From positions 43,586,001-43,650,000 of the forward strand of contig CM022665.1 of assembly GCA_012295275.1 (NCBI GenBank): DNA of 64,000 nt, given 5' to 3'. This document shows positions 1 to 13,535 of the stretch, one piece after another (within the stretch, counting starts at the first letter, position 1; every line of letters starts with the position of its first letter). This DNA comes from Chrysomallon squamiferum (Eukaryota; Animalia; Mollusca). Under the pieces are notes generated by a model. That model searched no databases and was not told where the DNA came from. It was given only the letters and a program-made list of their open reading frames with translations. The translations under genes were made by a program, and so were the position numbers.

Positions 1-304
1 AAAAAACTCATAATCAGCAAGACCAAAGCATGGCTCTGTTTGTTTTGGCAAGGACATTGGCTGGAGTTGTGTGGTCATTATTGGTGACCAGTGAGCAAGC
101 CAGTTATGTAAAGGAATTATGACTGTGTCAACACTTTTGGGGGAAATGCTTAAGAGATTAAGGAGTAAAATGGGCTAATATAGAATATACATTCCTTGTC
201 TTTGTCTCAGTGTGGATTGTTGGAAGCGTAGTGGTGTTGTGTTTTTGTTTTTTCTAGGTTAATAGATCTTGTAAATAGGGGAATTTATATTTATAGGTAT
301 TTAT

Positions 305-503
305 GTGTGTCTCTGTGTGTGTGTGTGTGTGTACCTATCTCACTGTCTTCCAATCTAATTATATATCTGTGATTATGGATGTCTATATATGTATGTGTAT
401 ATGTATGTGTGTGTGTATGTGTGTGTGTGTCTGTGTGTGTGCCTATCTAACTGTCTTCATGTATCTGCTTTTCTCTCTGTTGTTTTGTTCAAATGTTTAT
501 GAT

Positions 504-564
<61 letters not shown>

Positions 565-652
565 CTCTCTAATTTTAACCTCCACTTCTCCATTCAGTTA
601 ATTGTGTAAGGTGAGAGATAAGTTTGTGTACTGGAGTCACTCTCTGTCACAC

Positions 653-686
<34 letters not shown>

Positions 687-964
687 CTCTCTCTAAGCAT
701 CAGTTTTATTGTAATTTATTCACACACATTTCTCTGTCTTATACTTTTATTGACATTTTAAACTGGGCAATAAACATTTCCTCTGACCTGGATGGAATTG
801 AAAGGTAAATCTTTATTGTTTTGTTTACTTTTACAGGTAAAAATGACAGGTGTTATATATGTAATGATTTTGTTTTTATCAATATTTAATAATAATAATA
901 ATAATAATAATGAAGATTTTTGTTTTTCACTTATATTAAACTTAATAATTACACACACATACAT

Positions 965-1015
<51 letters not shown>

Positions 1016-1223
1016 AATGGATTTTGTCTTTAATCTTAGGTCCTATTTTCATGTTATATATCTACTTATATCAAAAATCATAAATGCTTATTATTATTAT
1101 TATTTATTATTGTTGTTATTGTTATTACCTTTATTAGTATTGTAATAACAGTTTGAAACTTTATACTGTATTTATTTAATAAAGAAAAAAATAATGTTAA
1201 TTAACCTAGGTAGGCTTCAAGAA

Positions 1224-1263
<40 letters not shown>
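305..1263. repeat. Microsatellite cluster: (GT)n, (CT)n, (CA)n, (AAT)n
   Basis: Directly visible runs at ~305-442, 508-570, 648-693, 887-911, 950-1010 and 1228-1263. Confidence 0.95.
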
Positions 1264-1267
<4 letters not shown>

Positions 1268-1800
1268 AGATAACAAAACACCAACACTTAATCAAACATT
1301 CTACTCAGAACAAGTACAAAAAAAAAAAACCAAAGGATACGCCAATGTGGTTAGTTTCTACATTCACCTTTATACACGGGACAACGAGTGACCAGTGGTC
1401 AATTGAACGCCTGGAAACACACGAGTGATAAGTTGATGTAAACTACTCGAGCATTAACTTATCTCTCCGCTGGGTCTAATTCCCTTTAAGCCTCTTGAGA
1501 AGTCGAGAGAAGGTGGTTGACATTTTCTTGACAGACTTCATCTGGAACTGGAGCAGAATGTCCACAGATACAAGACCTTGTGTTGGCATGTCAGGGTAGA
1601 AATATCAATGAAATAAGAGCAGAGTTTGACATTTTTCAAGACTCCTTTACTATCAGTGCAATAGGGTTGTGTGTGTGTGTGTGGTGTCCTGAAGGATTTT
1701 TATATTTATCAATGAGATATTTTTTTTCAAATCTAAAGCTTTGATGATTTGTGATCACTGGGCGAGCACTGAGTTTGTCTGTGTTTTGACAGGAGATAAA

Positions 1801-2054
1801 AAAGTTTGTTTGGGTTTTATTACCACCAAACGTGAAGTACTGGGGTGATTAATTTTTGTATCATGAGGTATTTGGATGTGAGATGTTTTAAGCAATGACA
1901 TTAGAGCTTGTGTTGATTTACTATCATCAGTTATTGGTTTTCAAACATTTATTTAAAGAAATGATTATAGTATTTTCATTATTGGATAATAATATTTGAT
2001 ATTTCTGACATAAAGTTTTCAGAGGAATCCTGTTAAATTTTTCCCATTAGCAGC

Positions 2055-2141
<87 letters not shown>

Positions 2142-2245
2142 TCTCCCCATAAGCAGGATAGTGCATACCACAGCCTTTAATGTATCTGTCACTTGTCAGT
2201 GTCTGGATTGGAGTATCACAATGAACTGTTTGTGAGGACTTGTGT
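1801..2245 (-). mobile_element. Decayed tRNA-derived SINE (Meta/RUDI-type core), tail plus core, interrupted by a (CT)n tract
   Basis: Plus strand reads aaagtttgttt...ttattggttttcaaacattt...gaggaatcctgttaaatttttcccattagcagc-[(CT)n 2058-2137]-cccataagcaggatagtgcataccacagccttt. This is the reverse complement of the Meta-type core (aaaggccgtggtatgtgctatcctgtctgtggg...gctgctaat, recalled consensus). The same motifs recur elsewhere in the window. Confidence 0.7.
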
Positions 2246-2397
2246 ATGTAATAAAACATTAATTCCGACAGAATGTCATATATCACAGTCTTTGATGTAT
2301 ATTGGAAGAGAGATATCTTAACAGTCTATAGATCAGTGCTAGCCATACGTTATATAAATTTATACCATAATTAGTTGACATAAATGTAAATAAAATA

Positions 2398-2546
2398 TTT
2401 CTCAAACAGAACAGGACAGTACATACCTATCTTTTATGGTACCACTCATAGGAAACTATTGGAACAGAAATGTCTTACTGATCTGAATCTAAGCCATGCA
2501 TGTATATAAATTTATACCATCATTATTTGAATGAAAAAATAAAACT

Positions 2547-2589
<43 letters not shown>

Positions 2590-2804
2590 CCAGACTAAAA
2601 TATATATAAATATATATATATATGCACAAAAGTATAAATATATATATATATAAAAATAAATTTAAAAAATACACGTAACTTTTCTTCAAACATAACAGGA
2701 CAGTTTTTGGAACAGAGATTTTCCATTGAGCCCTAGACGGGGACTGATCCTAGCACTGCCTGCTCCTCACTCAGTCACTTCACCACTAATCTGTGTCTTG
2801 CCTC
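2398..2804 (-). mobile_element. Two SINE fragments including a tRNA-like head
   Basis: acaggacagt...ttggaacagaaat occurs twice. The minus strand of 2730-2804 has A-box-like cagattagtgg and B-box-like ggatcagtccc. Confidence 0.6.
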
Positions 2805-3412
2805 TTGACGTGAGATAAGCTGATTAGTGACATTTCTCAGTGACAGGTGAAGATTATTAGATCATTAACACCTGATTTTTTTTCTGTTTGATAATCTACT
2901 TCAAAGAGAAATATCACCTGTAAAAAGCACTTTGATCTTGTTCCTGTAGGTAAGAAATGGTTACCTGTCTGATTAATCTCACGGAGACAGTGATATTTAG
3001 ATATCTGTGTAGCACAGAGCAAAATAAAAAAAAATTAAAAAAATTAAAAAAATATATAAAAAAATGGGGTTAGGGGTGTCATTTATAATTAATATGTTAG
3101 AGTGACTTGTTGTGTTCTTAATTAAACCTGTGAATGGTTATGGTTCAGGATTACCAACAGAATCAGCTTGACTAATCAGTCTGTCTGTCTGTTTGTTTCA
3201 ACACTAATCTGGAGCGATGCCGTCATTTGATCCTGGTGCAGTCAAATGGTGGAGCAGAGGTTAGAAAAATAATACACACATCCTTGAAGGCAGTGGTTTG
3301 TTAACTCATTAACAAAAAAAATTAGTTTAATTATTAAATATTTTAAATTATCATAAATAAATTAATCATTGGAAGAAAATGAATTTAAGTTTAATTCTTG
3401 GCAATCATGTTG

Positions 3413-3444
<32 letters not shown>

Positions 3445-4164
3445 TTTAAAACTTTAAGAAATTATGGTTGCATATAAAGGATGGAAAGTTGGATGGATGG
3501 ATGTATCAATAGATTGAAGTTGGTATAATTTATAGCACATTTTAGTTTTTGAAAGGATGAATAGATGATGGACACAGATGATGGAGTGACAGATGTACAG
3601 ACAAAATGAAGGAATATGGCTTAAAACGAATGGATATGCATTAAAAATAAAAAATGGATACAAGCATACACACATACAAACTTCATTATAATTGACAGTT
3701 ACTTGGGAAGGAACGGAAAGACAGACAGACAGATAGGCAAGACATATGAATGGACAGTTGACAGACAAGATAACAGGGTGACAGTACGGTTGGATGAACA
3801 GACCGCCTGACTGATAAAGCACCCGGGTGATTCACACATAAATCACAAACTAACGTGGGCCAGTAGCACGTCTTTGATGAATCACAATTAGATTTAGATA
3901 ACTGCCGGGTTTAATCAGCGTTTTTTTCAAACACTGCTAACAATTGCTCCTCACCGAAGGATAATCTCATAATCTCCGGCGTCTTTTTATTCAGTTAGAT
4001 AAGCCAAGGTTTGAGTTTCAAAGAGTTTCATACATGAAAGCAAGAAATTCTGGCAACCACTCAGTGTTGGTCTATTGTGTCCTGAACAGATAACCAGTCT
4101 GCGATCTTCTCCTTATTTTTAGTAATGGAACACAATGGAAGATTACGTGAATGTGTTCTTCTTT

Positions 4165-4379
4165 TGTTTATTTATTGCTGTTGTTATTGTTGCCACTACT
4201 ACAGTTACTATTATTGCTACAACTACTACTACTACTACTACTACTGTTATGATAGTACTCCTATTGCTGTTACTACTGTGATACTACTACTACTGCTATT
4301 GCTACCATTAGTAGTATAATACTACTACTATTGCTATTATCACAATGTTCCTATTTCTATCACTATACTATTACTATGA

Positions 4380-4412
<33 letters not shown>

Positions 4413-4985
4413 AATACTAATACTACTACTTTTGATAGTTCAGCTATTGCTACCATTACTTTTATTACTATTACCATACTACAACTATTACTACTTCCAC
4501 TACTGCTACTACTATTACTACTGTGATACTAGTTATTGTTACAACTGCTACTGCTATCTTGCCTGCTATGATACAACTACTATTGCTAACACTATTAATG
4601 CTATATTATTACTATTTCTACCAGTAGCTGCTATTACTGTTATATTTCTACTAGTATTTTTTCAGTGCTACTACTAGTATTAAGTATTATAACTACTTTT
4701 ATTACCCATGTCATTACTACTACAACAACCCATACACCAATACTACTAATCTGATAAATAAAAATAAAAACAAAAAAAAACAAAAACAAAAAAAACAAAA
4801 AAAAAAAAAAAAAAAAACCCAAAAAAACCCCCAAAGAACAAAATAATAAATAAATAAATATGTACTATTACTACTCACACCACAACCACAACCACAACCA
4901 CTACCACTACCACTACCACTACCACTATCACTACCACCACTACTACTACTACTACAAATAATAATAATAACAATAATAATAAACA
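4165..4985. repeat. Degenerate (TAC/ACT)n trinucleotide region with (CCACTA)n and A-rich tracts
   Basis: Direct observation. It generates the Y/T/L-rich and S/G-rich spurious ORFs. Confidence 0.9.
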
Positions 4986-6125
4986 AAAGGATTTTTTTTT
5001 GTTTTTTTAAATTAAAAAATTAAAAACTATTCTGGGAACAGGATCATCATGAGAACAATTCTTCATTTTAGTTTTGACCTTCAAAAGTGCATGTCATATG
5101 TCGTCCTTTCAAGTCTGCCCCTATCTCATTACCGGTTGTGTAGAGAGTAGCATTAATAAATTAATGCAATCTGCGAAGATCTGTCTTTGGTTGGAACAGT
5201 CAACATGTTTTCTTTCTGTACAGTTACTCTATCTTGAAATTAGCTTTAAATAAACACAGATAAATCAGGGGTATGACAAACACTGCCAGCCTGAGTGCCA
5301 ACATTTTGAATGACGAGAGAACTCTTTTGTGAAGGAGACAGGAAAAAAAAAATTAAAAAAAAAAATTACTCATTATTAATTATTGTGTTTTTTTTTTTTT
5401 TTTCTAATTACTGTAAGGGTTTTTGTTGTTGTTGTTGTTTTGTTGGGTTTTTTTGTTTGTGATTTTTGAGAAGTTTTAAAAAAAAATATTATGATATATA
5501 ATAGTTTTAATGATAAAAATGTAACTATAATGATGATAGAAATAAAACATTTCAAAAACTATACAAACATTTTGCAGTTCCCATATTTTTTTTTTTTTTT
5601 CAATTTTGAATTTCAAAAAAAGCCAATTACAAAATAAATTTCTCATTTTATTTGTAGATAATAAGATTAAAAACAATTTAAATTGCTTTTTGAAATTCAG
5701 TACCATTGTTCAGTCATTATAACAGATAAATTTAAATATATATATATATATATTTTTTTTTTTTCATTCACCAAAGAATATAAGATATCAATTTATTTAA
5801 CATATTGATTTTCATAACTTTGTGATCATATAAATTATTTTGTTTGTGTGTGTGTGATTATATCACAATCAGTAATTCAATCTTCACGCACCATTTTTTC
5901 CCTGTGTACTGATAATTAAAATATACTTTAATCCTTAAATTATTTATTGGTGTTCAATAACATCATTTTCATGAAAAACACACAAACAATTTGTAATTTC
6001 AGCTTTATTTGTTTAGCAATAATCAGTTACTATTTTTATTTTTTTATTTTATGTCACCGTTCTTGACTACTTGAATTAGATTACCCATAAAACCACATAA
6101 CTTTGCAGTAAATTATAGTGTCAGC

Positions 6126-6142
6126 TATCCCACAATGCAATG
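6126..6142 (+). promoter_or_regulatory. ZNF143/STAF-like binding motif
   Basis: tatcccacaatgcaatg resembles the SBS core TTCCCA(C/T)AATGCA. Motif match only. Confidence 0.3.
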
Positions 6143-6922
6143 AAAGAAAATCATATCGTGAACTTCAATTTAAATTTTCATTTTGTAAAAAAAAAAAAAA
6201 AATAAAAAAAAAAATATCAATTATATTATACATAGTATACAATTTTCATAATAAAATAACTGGCAGCGTGAATACACAAATCAAACAACAATTTTAATTT
6301 TTCATTTTATATTCGCGTTTTAAAAAGTTATACTATATCTTTAATGCCGTTTTGATAATCCTTGAAGTGTGAAATTGGTTTCAGATTAGGCCAGTAACTG
6401 TTGGTGTATATTTGGCTTGGACAACAGCCAGGCACATTTTGATTCAAAAGGATCAGTTAATATGACACACTTGATTTGAATAATAATATAGTCTCTCGTA
6501 ATTACTGGTACAGTCAAAAGAACTCGTTACGATAACCTTTAGCCGAGTTGCCAATCAGAATGTTTTTGTTTGTCAGTGGTGTCTAGTCTGTATGTCTGGT
6601 AGTAGTAACTGTATGATATTGTTGCAGTCTACAGTGATTTTTTTTTATTTATTAATTTTTTTTTAATTTGGACGCTTAATTATAATGGATTTGTTAAAAT
6701 TTGAATTATGTATTTAGAAATTATTATGTATTTAGAAATATATATATATAGAGACAAACACATACACACATATATACACTGTAATAAGTCTACAACAGAT
6801 ATATTTGAAAATATAGAAATATGGCTATTTTTATTCACAGAACAAAAAGTACACTTTAATGAGATACAAAATAAAACAGTTATTAGTTTTATATAAAATC
6901 TGTTAATTCACATTATAACACA

Positions 6923-6994
6923 TACCTTAACAAGAAATAAAACTCTTAAAATGTGGATTTACCTTAACAAGAAATAAAACTCTTAAAATGTGGA
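6923..6994. repeat. Direct tandem duplication, 37-bp period
   Basis: taccttaacaagaaataaaactcttaaaatgtgga occurs at 6923 and 6960. Confidence 0.95.
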
Positions 6995-7059
6995 AATCAG
7001 GATTTTACACTGGTACCATCTCACTGCATTCTTTGGCAACCATAAATAACAGATAAAAC

Positions 7060-7345
7060 AATCCTTGGAAGTATATAAAATGTATTATTTTGTTTAGATC
7101 ATCACTTAGATTATAAAATACATGCTTAATCCTTAAATCTGTATTATTTTGTTTAAAACACCACTTAGATTATGAAATATGCACATAATCCTTAATTTGT
7201 TTAGATCACAGTTTGAGATATGTTATAAAATACACACTTAATCCTTAATTTGTTTAGATCACCACTTAGATATATTATAAAACATGCACATAATCCTTAA
7301 TTTGTTTAGATCAGAACTTAAGATATATTATAAAATATACATTTA
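7060..7345. repeat. Minisatellite, ~5 copies of a ~52-60 bp unit
   Basis: Recurring aatccttaa...ttgtttagatcaccacttagat...ttataaaatac. Confidence 0.9.
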
Positions 7346-8117
7346 AACCTGAAAAATCTAATAATTCATCATGTGACTCATTGATATACACTCAGAGGCA
7401 CCAGCAAAAACACAACAGCAGTTTAATTTATCTCACGAAATCGTACTAAAAAAAAATTCATTCACAAACCTCTGAAAGATAACATCATAACTGACCTTGC
7501 AATTAACACAATAAGTCACCTGTATTTTTATCTACAGCAATTATTACCTACCTGACGGGTCAGACAGTACAGGTACACAGATTAAACAGGTGAAGTTGAA
7601 GGTAAAAAAAAAAAAAAAAAAAATTTAAAAGAATAGAAAAAAAAAGGACAGCTTTATTTTATTTTTGTATTCTCTGGTTGTATTGGTAAATAAAACTAGT
7701 GTACTGGGTAACCTTAATTAGATTTTCAGTTCATGATACTGTTTTCTAAACCTCTATCAGCATTCATGATGATGATGATGATGATGATGTTGATGATGGC
7801 ACACAATTATATAAATTTACTTGTATGATAAATATGAACAATTATGATGATGATGATATATAACTGAATGATTGATTATACATGTATTTTAGATAGGAAT
7901 GATGATAATGCATGACTGAATGAATGTACATGTATGTTAGGAATAATGATAATGATGATGGATAATGATAATGTATGACTAAATGAATATTTAACAATTA
8001 GTAGGTGTCATTCAGCTCATAATAATGGAAATTATAATATATCAAATATGCAAAAACTAAACTGTTATGTCCATGTTTCAAACAGACCTCAACAGGCTAC
8101 CCAAATATTCAGATGTA

Positions 8118-8608
8118 GAACCCATGTCAAGTATGCATGAACCAAACTTAGTTTTAACAGAACTGAACAAGTCAGCTAGACATTTAGAAAGAGCCCATGT
8201 CAAACATGCATGAACCAAATTTACTTTGAAGAAAACTGGTCAGCAAGACATTTAGAAACAGAGCCCATGTCAAGCATGCATGAACCATATTTACTTTGAA
8301 GAAAACTGGTCAGCAAGACATTTAGAAACAGAGCCCATGTCAAGCATGCATGAACCAAACTTAGTTTTATACAGAACTGAACAAGTGGGTCAGACATTTA
8401 GAAACAGAGCCCATGTCAAGCATGCATGAACCAAACTTAGTTTTATACAGAACTGAACAAGTGGGTCAGACATTTAGAAACAGAGCCCATGTCAAGCATG
8501 CATGAACCAAACTTAGTTTTTATACAGAACTGAACAAGCGGGACAGTCATTTAGAAACGGAGGCCCACAAACCGAACTCGTTCTGAAAGGAAACGAACAG
8601 GTGCATCA
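8118..8608. repeat. Minisatellite, 6 copies plus 1 divergent copy of a 70-77 bp unit
   Basis: gagcccatgtcaagcatgcatgaaccaaac... starts at 8118, 8191, 8261, 8331, 8407 and 8483, with two internal sub-variants. A divergent CpG-rich copy starts at ~8560. Confidence 0.95.
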
Positions 8609-8960
8609 TCACCAGTCGTGTTGATCAGACATTCCGTCGTTGTCCACTGTTTAATCTGCAAGTTTTCACATTCACTTGTCCTGGCGGGCCGGTCCCGTCC
8701 CAAGCAGTTAATTACAGCAGCAGCAGACATTCGCCGACTATCTCCCAGATTAACGTCTTACGCAACACCTCGTAAAACCAGTGCGCATCAACCTCAAAGG
8801 CTCTTCGGTCAAGCGATAACGGTGGCGTGAGACCACGAGCGGCCATGTTGGATGCCTTTCGTATTACGAAAGACCAAAAGATTGGCGAAGATAAGATGGC
8901 TGTGAAATATGGATTGCAAATTGTTGGAAAGCTGTGTAAAGATAGTGTAGCCATGGTTAA
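8560..8960. promoter_or_regulatory. CpG-retaining island, putative promoter/enhancer
   Basis: Dense CpG in an otherwise CpG-poor window. YY1-like gcggccatgttgg at ~8839-8851 and X-box-like gtagccatggttaac at ~8948. Confidence 0.5.
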
Positions 8961-9974
8961 CTGTACTGGTGACTTTTAGATGTTATGCAGGGGGGTGGGA
9001 CATTAAAGCTAAGAGTAATGTTGTATCTGGTGATTATCCTCGTTAATGAATGACGGTTACGAACGAGAACATCTTTGAAATGGACAAATATTTTGTAACG
9101 CATAAAATGAGAGATTTATGAAACAGCTGCTTACCATCTGCTTTTTGGTCAGTCCAGTAAGCAGGACAATATCTACCATACTTTTTTTCTTTTCTTTTAA
9201 ATAATTTGTTTCCCTTTTCACAGAATATTTGTTGCTTTTGAATCTGCTTCAAGAATGGAAGCCTAGTCACGAATTACTCTTTTTGGCTTCAATATATTTT
9301 TAATGTTTATACATTTACTTATTATCTATTCATTTTATTGTTTCTATGTCTTGTCATCTGTCTTCTATTTTACCATCCATCCATCCTTTTGTCCTGACTC
9401 TCCTTCCATCTCAGTCTCACTATTTCTCTTTATCTGTCTTTTGTAGATGAAAATATAAAAAATGTTTGTCAACTACAAACATCTAAATAAAACATTTTTT
9501 TACAAATGAAGATGAAAAGAAGGGTAGATTTAATAAACTGACAAAATCCTTCCATGAAGAAAACTTAACACTATTATAATCTATTGTCATTTCTTAAAAT
9601 AAATAAAAAAAAAAAAAAATAATAATAATAATAATAAAAAAAAGGTGTAATAAATCATATATTCAACAGCATTACTGATTTCTTTTAGAACTTCAATATC
9701 TACAAGTCTCCACAGACTTATAAAAGAACAACACCTGCCCAGAAGTTATTTGCTTGTCGTTCGTTCCTTTTTTTTAACTGCGTGAAATCTGTTAATCGAA
9801 ATTTGTCGCCAGGGGCCTATTTTGTTTGGGACTCATTTGTTTTTCTTGTGTGTCCAGTCATGCAGAAAACTAAAAGGATAAGTTTTTATCTCAGATAAAT
9901 TCTCTTTGCTTGTTTTTACACTGTCTGGATTTTGGCGAAATCACCGTTGGGGAAAAAACCCCAGTCTTCGTATC

Positions 9975-10051
9975 TTTTATTATTATTACTTTTCTTATTT
10001 GTTTACTTATTATTGTCATTACCAATTTATTTATTTATTTATTATTACTAT

Positions 10052-10090
<39 letters not shown>

Positions 10091-10330
10091 TTATTTTTAC
10101 TATTTATTATCATTTCATTATTTATCATTATTATTGTATTATAATTATTATTACATTATTTCATCGTTTAATTTTTATTTTTATTGTTATTGCAGTTATT
10201 ATTATTATAAACACTATAATTATTTCATTATTTTGTTCTTTTATTGTAATTAATATTATTATAATAATCACTGCTACTATTTTTCATTATTATTATCATT
10301 ATCACCATCGTGATCATCATTATGATTTTA
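9975..10330. repeat. (ATTT)n/(ATT)n low-complexity tract
   Basis: Direct observation. It explains three overlapping hydrophobic ORFs. Confidence 0.9.
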
Positions 10331-10498
10331 TTTGTAAAATGCATACTCATGAAAATATTCGCGTGACCAGTAGTCGATTATTTTTAGCCTTTATCAATAG
10401 CCATTAATCAAAAATCATTTTTTTTTAAATTAAAATAAAACGACCAGCCTGTTGAACAATACGTGCCCTTGCCGTCTGCTGCTCAGTTTTGTATTTAC

Positions 10499-10544
<46 letters not shown>

Positions 10545-11799
10545 TTGGTTCTATGGAATCATGAGACTGTGAAATGTCCGTCAGTTTCGTACTTGACACT
10601 TCTTCCTCGCTGCGTGACGTCTTTAAGACGTCAGAAAAATTCTGGAAAGTTCGAGACACAAAATGGCCGAATTACAAAAACATTTGGAATGCTCATTAGT
10701 ATATACACATACGTACGTACATACATACACACATACACACGTTTATAAAATGAGACTGAAAATCATGCTGAATGCTTTATTCAAACTGCTGTTTTGGTTC
10801 CATTGTTAAATTAATTCATTGTTCGATAACCTTTGGTTAAAATAATTTTTGACACCTTGTTCAGTTGACCTTGTGTGTTAAAAAACAAAAATAAATAAAA
10901 ATGCGTCTATATATATATACAAACAAAAATATATAAATGATAAATGTCCTAGATCAACTTGTCAGAACTGTTTGAATTATTACAATTCACAGACACTTTG
11001 AAATATTCTATATTAATTTATTTATATACGAAATGCAGTTAATTTTTTAATCTTCAAATTATAATCTTTATTGTCCAATGTTAAATTAATGAGTAAGACA
11101 CCTAAAAGTTAAACGCTTGGTAGTTTGAAAAAAAAAAAAAAAACACACCTAAAAAAAATATGAAAAAAAAAGTAAAACAACAACGTAATAATGCAATAAA
11201 AATTAACCAATTTGAAAACATTAAACTGAATGTTTATGATGACATTTACATATATAATGAATAACAATTCACATTTTCTTTTAATTCCAGACACCCCCCA
11301 AAAAAAAAAACCCTAGCAACACCAAAGAAACAAAAATAATAAAAAAAGAAAACATTAAAAACAAGAAATTGTAGTATACATTAGTTAAAAAGTTATAAAA
11401 AGTGCTTATAATTCTTTATTAGGAATTAAGATTTAAATAAAATAATAAAGATAATATAATACGAAAAAAATCATAATTATAAAGTATATTTTAAATATAT
11501 CTATATTCAATGAATGAAAAAACTACAACAAAAAACAATTTTCTCATACAAATTTATTTATATTCATGGATGGATGCATGTTTTTATGAGTGGTTGTAAA
11601 GAAAAAAAAGGAAGAAACTCAAAGTAAAATAGAAGAAAAGGGAAAATAAATCCAACATGTCATATTTCTTTTCCAGCCTGTAATTTGGAATCCGATCATG
11701 ACACTTTTTCATGTGTGAAAACAGGTAGATTCACGATACAAAGTACACACACTTGAAATAAACAATCATCTCGAGATTTATAAATAATTAAAAGCTGGG

Positions 11800-12150
11800 A
11801 GAACCTGCATTAGTTGATCTGATGGTCATCTGAAAAGTTTGACCGTGATCATTGTTGATTCCGTTTGGCCCGGGGCTGACCCATTCTCCAAGGAGATGGG
11901 AAAAAGTAATGAAGGTGTGAGACCCTGAATGGGCTTTGGCTTGGACACGAGAGAAAAAACAAATTAAATTACTTCGCATCAATCGATGGGATGGCAGAGC
12001 AGGGTGTCTTCATGTGCTGTAAAAACATTGGCTATTGTTCTTTTGTTGGTGTGTCTGTCCGCGGTGGCACTCGGGTACACAAAACCTCATGCTTTCTTAC
12101 TAATGACGAAACCCGACATGTAACTGAAACACCGTGTGCAGTTCGTTTTG
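11800..12150. promoter_or_regulatory. CpG-retaining island, putative regulatory element
   Basis: Locally high GC and CpG unique sequence flanked by A-rich DNA, with no credible ORF. Confidence 0.35.
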
Positions 12151-12979
12151 GGAAATTAGTGATGTATACTGTCAGAATAAATTGCCTCTTCTCAAAGTAT
12201 AGTAGTTATACCCATAAAATCAACTTAAAAATATCCTACAAAAAAAAAAAAAAAAACAGAGAGATAGAATGAAATACTTTTGATATTTCGAAATAAGACA
12301 AAAAAAAAAAAAAAAGAAGAAAAAAAAAACGAATTACGAAGACGAAACCGATAGACATTTTAATAGTTTCACTGTTACCGTTGAAAGTGTTTACATTTTG
12401 ACATTTTCCATTTATTATATTTGCTACAAATTGTACATTGATATTTTTATCTGACACATTATGGTTAAGGCTACTTTCAAGTTTGTCCAAAACCATTGTT
12501 ATAACTTCTATTCATTATAACTGAGTGCATCATTTTTCTTTCTTTCTTTTTATATATATTTTTTTGCGGTAAAACACTGTGTAGTGTTGTTATTGATTTA
12601 ACTGTGACCGTTAAATGAAAAGGTTTACTCAACTACTGCCAAGAATTGAACCAGGATTCTCAGTGTGCCAATCCAGTTTTGTATAAATTAAATGGGGGGA
12701 AATTCTGGCTAGAAATATCTATTAACCCTTCCATCCTTTCTTCCATCTTTCCATTCATTCCTCGTACATCAATCCTTTCTTCTGTCTTTCCATCCATCTG
12801 TATGATGATAGTCACATTGCTGCCATTTAATTAAACAAAGAATGAATTTAGATTATGCTTTTCACTGATACTGAGCTCACTGAATATTGTATCATCCGAT
12901 GATGCAATCTAAAATAGATATGTTATCTGCATAAATGTATGTGTAACAGCTGTTAGGTTTTAATCACTGTCTGTAACAC

Positions 12980-13535
12980 AAGAAAGGATATCTACTGTTG
13001 CAAGATACTTTACATATACATCTTCCAGTAGATAGGAAAGCATGTTACACTCTTTGATACTTTACCTGAGGAGCAGCACTGGTTGGAACTGGAAAATGCT
13101 GAACAATCTTAATTTGAATGATTGTTTAACCCACACTGATTGTTAGAGTGTTTCACATATTAAAGATTTTGATACTTTAATTGAAGAGCTTTGGCTGGAA
13201 CGAGAAATTGCCAAATAACCTCAGAGTGATTCTTTAATTCAAACTGAAAATGCCAAATGATCATAATTTGAATAACTGTTTGACCCATACTGATTGTTAG
13301 AGACAATCAGATATTATAGTTTTTGATACTTTAATTGAAGAGCATTGAAGTGCAATTCTTTAATTCAAACTGAATGTTTGAGGAAAGCACATGCACTGCT
13401 TTTTGATACATTAATCAAGCAGCAGTAGTTGGAATTGGAATTTGCCAACTTGACCTTATTTAGGGTGATTCTGTGTCACACATTGGTCCTTGGAGAAATG
13501 CTGCTACCTCGGTTAAAGCCCTTGTCAGCATTTTG
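12980..13535 (-). mobile_element. SINE with tandemly amplified internal segment (~4 copies)
   Basis: tttgatacttt...gaagagc...ggytggaac(g/t)(a/g)gaaa(a/t)tgc recurs at ~13052, 13168, 13321 and 13401. The same core motifs appear in the other SINE copies. Confidence 0.6.

Noticed and set aside
9803-9818. CTCF-like gtcgccaggggcc
   Set aside because: The match to the CTCF core is incomplete and cannot be distinguished from chance.
10663-10810. Plus-strand ATG reading MAELQKHLECSL (RING-start-like)
   Set aside because: The second cysteine is missing, the frame runs into a microsatellite, and there is no donor.
11677-11724. 48-nt symmetric plus-strand micro-exon candidate (CNLESDHDTFSCVKT)
   Set aside because: The donor is weak (GTAGAT) and there are no other plus-strand coding exons to join it to.
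12602-12625. Partial resemblance to miR-2001 (tgtgaccgtta)
   Set aside because: Only ~11 nt match and no precursor hairpin is evident.
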